A stretch of 28,482 bases of DNA, taken from IMG/VR virus record IMGVR_UViG_3300020161_003187, positions 1-28,482 of that record; one strand, given 5' to 3'. Below are positions 1-8,651 of the stretch, in pieces. How positions within the stretch are numbered: the first letter of the stretch is position 1; the number at the start of each line of letters is the position of its first letter. This DNA comes from a virus. Taxonomy: Duplodnaviria; Caudoviricetes. The notes under the pieces are model-generated. The model did no database searches. It was not told the DNA's origin and worked only from the letters and a program-made list of their open reading frames with translations. The position numbers were made by a program, and so were the translations under genes.

Positions 1-3000
1 GGTGTAATAGTAGGGGTTACGGTTGGGGTAATGGTTGGTGTAACACTGGTTGAAGGAGTAACCGTAGGAGTTATAGTTGGGGTAACAGTTGGTGTAACAC
101 TGGTTGAAGGAGTAACCGTAGGAGTTATAGTTGGGGTAATTGTTGGGGTTATAGTTGGCGTTACTGAAGTACTTGGTGTTTGAGTTGGTGTAACAGTCGG
201 TGTGATAGTAGGTGTAACACTAGTTGAGGGGGTTACTGTAGGAGTAACAGTTGATGTGATTGTAGGTGTAACAGAAGTCGATGGGGTAACGGTTGGAGTA
301 ATAGTGGGGGTTATAGTTGGTGTTACCGATGTAGAAGGGGTTACAGTAGGTGTAATGGTTGGTGTTATAGTTGGTGTAATGGTAGGAGTTACACTAGTAG
401 ATGGAGTAATTGTCGGAGTTATAGTAGGTGTTACAGTAGGAGTAACAGAAGTTGAAGGTGTTACGGTTGGTGTTACGGTTGAAGTAACAGTTGGAGTAAT
501 AGTAGGGGTAACACTTGTTGATGGTGTAACCGTGGGGGTGATTGTTGATGTTACTGTGGGGGTAATTGTTGGGGTTATAGTTGGCGTTACTGAAGTACTT
601 GGTGTTTGAGTTGGTGTAACAGTCGGTGTAATTGTAGGTGTTACTGAGGTGCTTGGGGTTACGGTTGGTGTCACAGTTACAGTTACTGTAGGTGTAACAG
701 AAGTTGAAGGTGTTACAGTTGGTGTGGTGGTAGGTGTTACAGTTGGTGTAACTGATGTAGATGGTGTTACAGTAGGAGTGATAGTTGGTGTTATAGTTGG
801 TGTTATAGTTGGTGTTACTGATGTAGATGAGGTAACGGTTGGAGTGACTGTAGGAGTAATAGTCGGTGTTATAGTTGGTGTTATTGAAGTTGACGGAGTT
901 GTGGTTGGGGTAATTGTAGGAGTTACCGATGTTGACGGTGTGATAGTGGGTGTAATCGTAGGTGTAACGGTTGGGGTCACTGAGGTACTTGGGGTAATGG
1001 TAGGTGTTACTGTAGGAGTAATAGTCGGTGTTATAGTTGGTGTTATTGAAGTTGACGGAGTTGTGGTTGGGGTAATTGTGGGTGTGATTGTTGGTGTAAC
1101 AGTCGCAGTAACACTGGTTGAAGGGGTGACAGTTGGGGTAACTGTTGGTGTGATGGTAGGTGTAACACTTGTTGAAGGTGTTACTGTTGGAGTGACGGTA
1201 GGAGTTATAGTAGGGGTAACAGTAGGTGTAACTGATGTACTAGGTGTTCTTGTTGGGGTAATAGTTGGTGTAATTGTGGGGGTAATTGTGGGGGTTACTG
1301 ATGTGGATGGGGTTACAGTAGGGGTAATTGTTGGAGTTATAGTTGGGGTAACAGAAGTAGACGGTGTTACGGTTGGTGTGGTGGTAGGAGTTATGGTGGG
1401 AGTTACCGATGTTGATGGGGTGATGGTTGGGGTGGTGGTTGGAGTAACAGAGGTCGACGGTGTAACTGTAGGAGTTACGGTAGGTGTAACTGTTGGGGTA
1501 ACGGATGTACTTGGTGTTACCGTAGAAGTTACAGTTGGTGTGATTGTAGGTGTTATTGATGTAGAAGGGGTTACTGTTGGAGTAATAGTAGGTGTAATGG
1601 TAGGGGTGATGGTTGGTGTTACCGATGTAGATGGAGTTACTGTTGGAGTAATTGTCGGAGTTATAGTTGGTGTTACTGAGGTACTTGGAGTTTGAGTTGG
1701 GGTTATGGTTGGGGTTACTGTCGGTGTAACACTAGTTGAAGGAGTTACTGTAGGCGTAATAGTAGGAGTAATCGTAGGTGTTACGGTCGGAGTAACAGAA
1801 GTAGATGACGTTTGAGTTGGTGTTATGGTGGGTGTAATTGTTGGTGTTACAGTTGGTGTTACACTAGTGGATGGTGTAACTGTTGGGGTAATAGTTGGTG
1901 TAATCGTAGGAGTTACACTATTTGAAGGAGTTACTGTGGGTGTTATAGTTGGTGTAACAGTAGGTGTTATCGATGTACTTGGAGTCTGTGTTGGAGTTAC
2001 GGTAGGTGTAACGGTTGGGGTTACTGATGTACTTGGGGTAACGGTTGGAGTTACAGTTGGTGTTATGGTCGGAGTAACTGATGTACTTGGTGTAATAGTG
2101 GGTGTAACTGTTGGTGTTACGGTTGGAGTAATTGATGTTGATGGGGTTATGGTTGGAGTTATGGTTGGTGTAATTGTAGGAGATATGGTAGGAGTTACAC
2201 TTGTACTAGGTGTTACTGTTGGTGTGATAGTAGGGGTAATGGTTGGTGTAACCGTTGGTGTTACCGAAGTAGACGGGGTTACGGTCGGAGTAATAGTCGG
2301 TGTTACAGTAGGTGTAACACTAGTTGAAGGGGTTACTGTAGGAGTAACAGTTGGTGTGATTGTAGGTGTAACTGATGTACTTGGGGTTACTGTTGGAGTA
2401 ATAGTAGGGGTTACGGTTGGTGTAACACTAGATGATGGAGTTACTGTAGGGGTGATGGTTGGTGTTATGGTTGGTGTTACAGTAGGTGTAACTGATGTAC
2501 TTGGGGTAATAGTAGGAGTTATAGTAGGTGTAACTGTAGGAGTAACAGAGGTACTTGGAGTTTGAGTTGGAGTTACTGTTGGTGTTATAGTTGGTGTTAC
2601 ACTATTGGATGGTGTAACTGTTGGGGTAATAGTTGGTGTTATAGTTGGAGTTAAGGTTGGAGTTACGGTAGGTGTTAAGGTTGGCGTTTCTGAGGGTGTA
2701 TTTGTTGGAGTTGTGGTTGGTGTGATTGTAGGTGTTAAAGTTGGTGTTTCTGAAGGTGTATTTGTTGGAGTTGTGGTTGGTGTGATTGTAGGTGTTAAAG
2801 TTGGTGTTTCTGAAGGTGTATTTGTTGGAGTTGTACTCGGAGTCTCGCTTGGTGTGATAGATGGTGTTATGGTTGGTGTAATAGTTGGGGTCACGGATGC
2901 GGAAGGTGTGACTGTAGGGCTAACGGTAGGTATAATAGATGGAGTTACACTTGGTGTAATAGTTGGGGTCACGGATGCGGAAGGTGTGACTGTAGGGCTA

Positions 3001-3371
3001 ACGGTAGGTATAATAGATGGAGTTACACTTGGTGTAGGTGTGATTGTTGGGGTGATTGTAACAGTAGGTGTAATAGATGGGGTTCTTGTTGGTGTAGGAG
3101 TAATAGATGGTGTAATTGTGGGTGTAGGAGTAAGGGTTGGGGTAAGAGTTGGGGTTGGTGTAACAGATGGTGATAGGCACGGAATTTCCGCAACACATGT
3201 CTTATCCTGTGTTGGAAAATAAACGGAATACGTACCTAAATAATAATTTGTATCGTAATAATATGGCATTACAACGGTACCTAAATTAATGGTACCGCCA
3301 GTACAAGGGTAAAATGTAATAACACCAATTTCACCATCGAAATTACCTGTGTTTATTTTTATTAATGCCAT
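1..3371 (-). CDS. Giant Thr/Pro-rich mucin-like repeat protein, 3'-truncated by the window edge (>=1123 aa)
   Basis: ATG at 3371-3369. My translation begins MALIKINTGNFDGEIGVITFYPCTGGTINLGTVVMPYYYDTNYYLGTYSVYFPTQDKTCVAEIPCL, then (T-x-T-P)n with interspersed STSVTP units. The same frame still reads T/P repeats at positions 3-26 and I saw no stop. Variation between repeat units falls mostly at third codon positions of this frame. It is probably absent from the ORF track because it has no stop within the window. Confidence 0.93.
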   Translation of the reverse strand, partial: MALIKINTGNFDGEIGVITFYPCTGGTINLGTVVMPYYYDTNYYLGTYSVYFPTQDKTCVAEIPCLSPSVTPTPTLTPTLTPTPTITPSITPTPTRTPSITPTVTITPTITPTPSVTPSIIPTVSPTVTPSASVTPTITPSVTPSIIPTVSPTVTPSASVTPTITPTITPSITPSETPSTTPTNTPSETPTLTPTITPTTTPTNTPSETPTLTPTITPTTTPTNTPSETPTLTPTVTPTLTPTITPTITPTVTPSNSVTPTITPTVTPTQTPSTSVTPTVTPTITPTITPSTSVTPTVTPTITPTITPTVTPSSSVTPTVTPTITPTVTPSTSVTPTITPTVTPTVTPSTSVTPTVTPTITPTVTPSTSVTPTVTPTITPTITPTVTPSTSVTPTISPTITPTITPTITPSTSITPTVTPTVTPTITPSTSVTPTITPTVTPTVTPSTSVTPTVTPTVTPTQTPSTSITPTVTPTITPTVTPSNSVTPTITPTITPTVTPSTSVTPTVTPTITPTITPTQTSSTSVTPTVTPTITPTITPTVTPSTSVTPTVTPTITPTQTPSTSVTPTITPTITPTVTPSTSVTPTITPTITPTITPTVTPSTSITPTITPTVTSTVTPSTSVTPTVTPTVTPTVTPSTSVTPTTTPTITPSTSVTPTITPTTTPTVTPSTSVTPTITPTITPTVTPSTSVTPTITPTITPTITPTRTPSTSVTPTVTPTITPTVTPTVTPSTSVTPTITPTVTPTVTPSTSVTATVTPTITPTITPTTTPSTSITPTITPTITPTVTPTITPSTSVTPTVTPTITPTITPSTSVTPTITPTTTPSTSITPTITPTITPTVTPTVTSSTSVTPTITPTITPTITPTVTPSTSVTPTVTPTTTPTVTPSTSVTPTVTVTVTPTVTPSTSVTPTITPTVTPTQTPSTSVTPTITPTITPTVTSTITPTVTPSTSVTPTITPTVTSTVTPTVTPSTSVTPTVTPTITPTITPSTSVTPTITPTITPTITPTVTPSTSVTPTITPTITPTVTPSTSVTPTITSTVTPTVTPSTSVTPTITPTVTPTQTPSTSVTPTITPTITPTITPTVTPSTSVTPTVTPTITPTVTPSTSVTPTITPTVTPTIT
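34..139. repeat. 54-bp-period tandem duplication inside the TP-repeat gene
   Basis: gttggtgtaacactggttgaaggagtaaccgtaggagttatagttggggtaa occurs at 34-85 and again at 88-139. Confidence 0.85.
2695..2834. repeat. Exact 60-bp tandem repeat (~2.3 copies; 20-aa unit TPTNTPSETPTLTPTITPTT)
   Basis: The sequence lines starting at 2701 and 2761 are identical, and the line at 2821 begins the same way. Confidence 0.92.
2873..3036. repeat. Exact 78-bp tandem repeat (~2.1 copies; 26-aa unit SVTPSIIPTVSPTVTPSASVTPTITP)
   Basis: 2873-2950 matches 2951-3028, and a third copy starts at 3029. Confidence 0.9.
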
Positions 3372-3411
3372 CTATATCTACAGTCTTATCTATATGTATT
3401 TTTATTATAAA

Positions 3412-3440
3412 AATATACCGAATTATTTGTAATTTGTCAA
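3412..3440 (-). promoter_or_regulatory. Host-sigma-type promoter upstream of the mucin-like gene
   Basis: Minus strand reads TTGACA-N17-TATATT, about 40 nt upstream of the ATG at 3371. It can also be read as Bacteroidota-like TTG-N20-TATATTTT. Confidence 0.6.
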
Positions 3441-3461
3441 CGTCTATTTTTATAGTATTTA

Positions 3462-6400
3462 TCATACACAATCAAAAATCGGATTACTTAATTCTTGGTT
3501 AGTCGGTTCTGTAGGGCAATTGTTAGCATCGATATAGTACTGTCCTTTGTTAAATCCTATATTCGGATGATGGTTGTATGTGTGTTTCATAAGAATTTGT
3601 TCGTTTGTGTTTCCATCAAACAATACCACAAATTCGTCTGTGATTGGATTATCCTCAAGCTCAAAATTTATATTGAAGTAAAGTCCTGTGTCGCAGTAAT
3701 TTAAGTCGACATCAATTACTTCAATTAATTCTCCGTATTGGTTAATTAAATAGTCACCGTGATTGTATAATTCTTTTGGGTGGTCACAACAAGGTTCAAC
3801 AAAATCTGTTGGTTTTTTCTGTAGTTCTTCAGGAAATCTATCATCAAAAAAGTAGATACTGTTTGTTGGGGTACCGAAATTTTCAACAATTCTATTTGTG
3901 TAAACCCTTAATTGTGTTGTTGGTAAAACTTCAAAAACTTCATAATTGTTACTTGAAGTTAAACCGGTAATAATACTTTTTTTAACTGAAGCCAAACATT
4001 CAATGTCCGTGACTTCAAGTTTTTGGTAATTAAATGTGAATGAATATCCTGAATTTGGTCCATCAACAATTTGTTGGTGTGTGTAATCTGTACACGATTT
4101 ATAAGATGCGGATAAAACATACTCACCAACGTTCAAATCACAAACACTTTTACCACTTATTGTCCCACCACTGATGTAAGATTCTATATCATCACTAGTG
4201 GTTTGACTATTAATTGTTAAACCAGTGTTTACTACTAAAACAATTGAATCACATTTTACTCCGTAATTGAAATTAGATTTGTATTCTACTTTTGGTTGAA
4301 TAGTGTAACCCGTGTAATTGTCACAATAAGTTGCACCTGATAAGATTGAGATTGGGTTGGAGTATGTTCCTTGATAAGCAACAATACCAAATAATTCTAC
4401 GTGACTTTTACCACTTGGTGATGGGCACGGGTCGTGTTCTATTTTCCCTTGTAGTCCCTCAATTTTAAATTTAACTTCTTTGTTTGCCGCATCAACAATA
4501 TTAAAATCAATAACATCGTTTTCAGAAACGCCAGTTAATTTATAAGTACAATCGTTGATTTTTTGTATGTAAACATCAGCATTCTGGTTTGTTCCACTTA
4601 CACAATTCGCGTAAATATGAAATGGCCAATCAGAACCTTGTTGTATACCTGTTTTAAATCCAATTACTTCAAAATACACGTCACTAACTAAAGTACATCC
4701 AGTTGGTGGTTCGCAAAACTTTTCATTATCTGTGTAAACACGTACACTTATTCCATTAGTATTTTTTGTAACGTTGTAATCCGCTTCAAAACGGTAATCA
4801 AAATATTCATTAACAGAGCAATTATTTGGTCCTAATTTTACGGAAGAAAATTTTACCTTTTCAACACCGTTTTCATCTGTGAATGTGTTATATTTTATTA
4901 AAGGAATTGTTTCTACAACATATGTTTGACCAGTGGTTCCTGTAAAAGGCGCATATGGTTCATACCCCGCACTATTTCTTGTTATATTAATTTCAGAAAT
5001 TAATTCAGACAAAGAATTTAACCATAATTCTTTAATTTTGGTTACGTCAGGTTCTAAATAATTTTTGTAATCACAAATCAAGGACAAATTAGATGTATCT
5101 CCACTTGTCACCCCACTTGTACAACCCGTAAATGGTTGTGGGTCAAATAATTTAGCACTATTTGTAGTGTTACTTGTTCCACTAACAATCACATACATTG
5201 ATGAGGTTAAACCTGAATAATCTGCACCTCCATATACGACACCATCGATTTCCACGACAGGGTAATAGGTGACTCCAGTTAGATTTATAAGACCTCTAAA
5301 ATTATTTTCTTCCCCTAAAATATTTTCTAAATCTTCCTCAATTACATTTTCAAAATCAGGATATAATTCTTCAATAAATTCTAATGGTTGACAGTCATAT
5401 TTGTATTGATATTTTGGTCTACCGAATACATTGTTTTCAATTAAATTACCTCCTGTCCATAAAGTGGTTGATGGTACTAATTGTTCAACTAACTGAGCCC
5501 AATATGGGGATAATTTATTTACAAACTCAACAACATTAATTTGATAATAAGGTGTAAAACCTGTGGTTTGTGAAATGTAGTCTCTATAAACGTCCTCTAA
5601 TTGAATATAATTTTTTTTATAACGAATTTTGTTAGAATTTGTTACAAGTCCATGAATAAAGGTGTCTAAAAATTCCGCATATGTTTTTCCTGTTTGGGGT
5701 GGTAATGTACTTGTACCAAAACTAATTAGTAAATCCCTACTTTGTCTGTATATGTCATAATCAATACCTCGAGAAGACGAAATATAAATACCAATATTTT
5801 TTCTATTAAGGATTAATAGGGAGTCATCCTCCACCATTTGTCCTTTACTATTGTCAACATCAGGTACTAATTCATATCCTGTATCTAAACCGGGTAATGT
5901 TCTATATAAATCAAAATAATCTTCACCGTAAGTGTATCCTTTGTTTTTTGTTTTTAAGGTTTTAGTTATACCTGTTAGTGTTGAATTTTCGGTGTCTAAA
6001 ACTAAAGGTGAACGATGGTTTAAAGTGATATCGTACCAACCTGAACCTTTCTCAAAGAATATACCTTCATTTGCATTGTACGCTCTTCTTGGTAACCCTG
6101 TTGTTTCGTCAACAGGATACCCATCTCTATCAAAAGTTGTGGATGCACTGTATGTAATATTACTGTATGTGAAACCGGTTGTGTCAAATACTGCATATGA
6201 GTATGTCTTATTACCTTGAATTGCATCGTATATATCCTGTTGTAAATCGAAGCTTGCTGGTATCGATTTAACTTTGTAAACATATTCGTCAATCTTAATT
6301 AAAGGTTCCGGCGCCCCCAAGAATTTTAAGAAAAAGTCGATGGATGCTCTTGTCCCTTTTGATTTATATATGTGAGCGAGATTAATTAATAATCTTCTAT

Positions 6401-7706
6401 AAAATTCATATTCCGCCTCGACCAAATTTGTTCCGGTGGATACTCCATCATAATTTGATTGTAACCTTGTATAAAGTACGTCATCTAAATTTGTCTCATC
6501 AAACAAATTGAGGGTAGATAGACCCAAGTTTTCCGCTAAATTTTTTAATAAAACGTCGGGTAAATTATTAACTGAATCATAACTTACATTTCTCATGTAA
6601 GCTATGTTATCAATATACTTTTTTACCTTATCAAAACTTTGCCCATATAATTGAAAAACACTTTCAGCTCTTTTGTCTTCAGTGTCAAATTCAAATAATT
6701 GAGGTGCTGCTAAAAATCTAATCATTAGATTAGATTTATAATCATCAACCTCGTCTGCAATATCTTTTAAAGACGATACATACAATTCGTAATCTATACC
6801 TGTAATCTGAATGTTATACCCATCACTTGAAACAGGCCAAGATGTTACAACATCAGCTAAAACCGTTTTTGTATTGTCCGAACTATCTTTTGGAACTTTG
6901 AAAGTTGAGGTATAAATTGGGGATGTTTCACGATTTAATAATGATTCCTCTAAATCGTCTAACCCTTCAAAAAACTCCTCAACTAAACCATCATTTGGTC
7001 TGATGAGTAAATTTTGAGAATATGTAGAACCAGTGAACGGTTTACCATAAACTCTTAGAAAAATAAGATTGTTGGTATTAGGTTCTGTGTAATCTAATAT
7101 TGGAAAAGGTGTGTTGTTTGTGACCACAACATATTTTGTAAAAGATGAATAGAAATTTCTTAATTCATTTTCTGATTCTGGTTTCACTACAGAATTTGGT
7201 TCAACAAATACTAAATCAAAAGGATTAAATATTTTACTTCTTTCAACATAAAAAGTAGTGGTATTGGTGCTATCATTATAAGTTATACCACTGGCACTAA
7301 AGTTAGAGTTACCAATCGGACTTTGCGCCTGAATTGATATTCCACTTGGGAACTTTTGAATTATTTTGGTTAAAGAAACTAAAATTCTACTCTTAAGAGA
7401 ACCGAATAGTGACTTATCAGCGTATTTTTTGTTACCCTTAAACCTTACTTCATCTGTTCTTCTTTTTTTGGGTGTAGTTGAAGTTGTTTGTATTCCTTCA
7501 ACCTCTTTTAATGTGTCTAAAGTTAAAAATTGTGAAAATGGGTTAGTGGTAAAATTTTTGGAATCTTTATCAGGGATTACCTTATCGAGCGCAAAAACGG
7601 TGTTGGTTAATGCAGATGTACCATCGGTTATCTGTCTACCAACTAAAAAATCATTAAATGTTTCCGCTCCGCTTGACGCTTGACTTGGTACTTTCCTTTT
7701 TGCCAT
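3462..7706 (-). CDS. Large virion protein (1414 aa) with a baseplate wedge gp7 / P2 gpI-like segment and a Cys-rich C-terminal half
   Basis: The segment PDVLLKNLAENLG...EFYRRLLINLAHIYKSKGTRASIDFFLKFLG resembles the gpI/gp7 'Y-x-x-K-G-T' signature. It lies in an operon with gp6- and gp25-like genes. Confidence 0.65.
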   Translation of the reverse strand: MAKRKVPSQASSGAETFNDFLVGRQITDGTSALTNTVFALDKVIPDKDSKNFTTNPFSQFLTLDTLKEVEGIQTTSTTPKKRRTDEVRFKGNKKYADKSLFGSLKSRILVSLTKIIQKFPSGISIQAQSPIGNSNFSASGITYNDSTNTTTFYVERSKIFNPFDLVFVEPNSVVKPESENELRNFYSSFTKYVVVTNNTPFPILDYTEPNTNNLIFLRVYGKPFTGSTYSQNLLIRPNDGLVEEFFEGLDDLEESLLNRETSPIYTSTFKVPKDSSDNTKTVLADVVTSWPVSSDGYNIQITGIDYELYVSSLKDIADEVDDYKSNLMIRFLAAPQLFEFDTEDKRAESVFQLYGQSFDKVKKYIDNIAYMRNVSYDSVNNLPDVLLKNLAENLGLSTLNLFDETNLDDVLYTRLQSNYDGVSTGTNLVEAEYEFYRRLLINLAHIYKSKGTRASIDFFLKFLGAPEPLIKIDEYVYKVKSIPASFDLQQDIYDAIQGNKTYSYAVFDTTGFTYSNITYSASTTFDRDGYPVDETTGLPRRAYNANEGIFFEKGSGWYDITLNHRSPLVLDTENSTLTGITKTLKTKNKGYTYGEDYFDLYRTLPGLDTGYELVPDVDNSKGQMVEDDSLLILNRKNIGIYISSSRGIDYDIYRQSRDLLISFGTSTLPPQTGKTYAEFLDTFIHGLVTNSNKIRYKKNYIQLEDVYRDYISQTTGFTPYYQINVVEFVNKLSPYWAQLVEQLVPSTTLWTGGNLIENNVFGRPKYQYKYDCQPLEFIEELYPDFENVIEEDLENILGEENNFRGLINLTGVTYYPVVEIDGVVYGGADYSGLTSSMYVIVSGTSNTTNSAKLFDPQPFTGCTSGVTSGDTSNLSLICDYKNYLEPDVTKIKELWLNSLSELISEINITRNSAGYEPYAPFTGTTGQTYVVETIPLIKYNTFTDENGVEKVKFSSVKLGPNNCSVNEYFDYRFEADYNVTKNTNGISVRVYTDNEKFCEPPTGCTLVSDVYFEVIGFKTGIQQGSDWPFHIYANCVSGTNQNADVYIQKINDCTYKLTGVSENDVIDFNIVDAANKEVKFKIEGLQGKIEHDPCPSPSGKSHVELFGIVAYQGTYSNPISILSGATYCDNYTGYTIQPKVEYKSNFNYGVKCDSIVLVVNTGLTINSQTTSDDIESYISGGTISGKSVCDLNVGEYVLSASYKSCTDYTHQQIVDGPNSGYSFTFNYQKLEVTDIECLASVKKSIITGLTSSNNYEVFEVLPTTQLRVYTNRIVENFGTPTNSIYFFDDRFPEELQKKPTDFVEPCCDHPKELYNHGDYLINQYGELIEVIDVDLNYCDTGLYFNINFELEDNPITDEFVVLFDGNTNEQILMKHTYNHHPNIGFNKGQYYIDANNCPTEPTNQELSNPIFDCV

Positions 7707-8626
7707 TAGATTTCTGTAATAGTATCAAAGTTTAAGGTTTCATCTACATCACCTCTTTCTTCACGAATCTCATATAATGTTTCATTAAATTCATCTTTGA
7801 CTTCGTAAAGATTGTATTGTCTGTAGATATTATTATTGTTGTCATAAATGGTATAGATACCTTGTGAAACCGCCTTACTTTGATTACCATACAATGCGTG
7901 TGCTAATGTTGATGCGTCGTGTTCAACCATTTCAATTTCTATTGTGGTTGGGTTTAAATATGTGTTTGTTAATATGATTTTTTGTGAAGGGACTCCAATA
8001 AATGGCACCGTATTGGGTTTATTGGTTGGTGCGGATGATGGTGTTACAGTTAAAAACATCAAATTTGTTGATTGTTCACTATATTGGTATCTTATTGCTT
8101 TTTGTGATGTGCTCGTTAAGTTTGAAACAATCGGAGTACAATAAAAAGACGAAGTCACAATTCTATAAAAGTTCGGTATTTTTTTACTATCAGAAGAATT
8201 TATATATTCAACTCGGTATCCAACTAAACCTTGTGGTGTAAATTTATTTCTGTCTTCAGCGGGGACATTTGATAAATCAATAACTAATCCTCTAACTGAC
8301 GGTAGAGACGCTAAAATTCCACAATCAGTTATTGAAGTTCTAATCTGTTTTGGTCTTATGTGTAATGTATAAACACCTAAATCCGCAAAATCATCTGCGG
8401 TTAACTTTAAGTTATATAGTCCACCTAAAATTTCAACATTTGGTGCTGAGACATCATCTGTTGTATCTGTATTGTGATAAACAGGTGTTAATACTTCAGC
8501 TGAACTTAATCTTTTAAGTGTTACAGTTGAGGTGCTGTTTCTATCCGCAACGTAATGAAAATAAATTTCAACGTCCTCAGGGGATACATCTGATGGTCTA
8601 ATTATACCGTAACTACCGACTGCCAT
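7706..8626 (-). CDS. Hypothetical protein, probably virion/baseplate-associated (306 aa)
   Basis: Long ORF with a TAATG overlap onto the downstream gene and a TATTTAT motif upstream. No family recognised. Confidence 0.8.
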   Translation of the reverse strand: MAVGSYGIIRPSDVSPEDVEIYFHYVADRNSTSTVTLKRLSSAEVLTPVYHNTDTTDDVSAPNVEILGGLYNLKLTADDFADLGVYTLHIRPKQIRTSITDCGILASLPSVRGLVIDLSNVPAEDRNKFTPQGLVGYRVEYINSSDSKKIPNFYRIVTSSFYCTPIVSNLTSTSQKAIRYQYSEQSTNLMFLTVTPSSAPTNKPNTVPFIGVPSQKIILTNTYLNPTTIEIEMVEHDASTLAHALYGNQSKAVSQGIYTIYDNNNNIYRQYNLYEVKDEFNETLYEIREERGDVDETLNFDTITEI

Positions 8627-8638
8627 GTTTTTTTAATA

Positions 8639-8645
8639 ATAAATA
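8639..8645 (-). promoter_or_regulatory. TATTTAT motif, putative late promoter
   Basis: Lies 12 nt upstream of the ATG at 8626. The same motif precedes the starts at 16561 and 18900. Confidence 0.4.
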
Positions 8646-8651
8646 TGAAAA

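Noticed and set aside
1-3170. CRISPR array or non-coding satellite
   Set aside because: There is no constant repeat with unique spacers, and variation follows codon wobble of a coding frame.
2998-3198. 66-aa minus-strand Y/T/N-rich ORF
   Set aside because: It is an alternative frame inside the TP-repeat gene.
202-3222. Four plus-strand poly-(GV/GVT) ORFs that look like hydrophobic repeat proteins
   Set aside because: They are the antisense shadow of the TP-repeat gene. They break at TGA wherever the minus strand has ACT-CAA (Thr-Gln), while the minus frame stays open and has a proper start and promoter.
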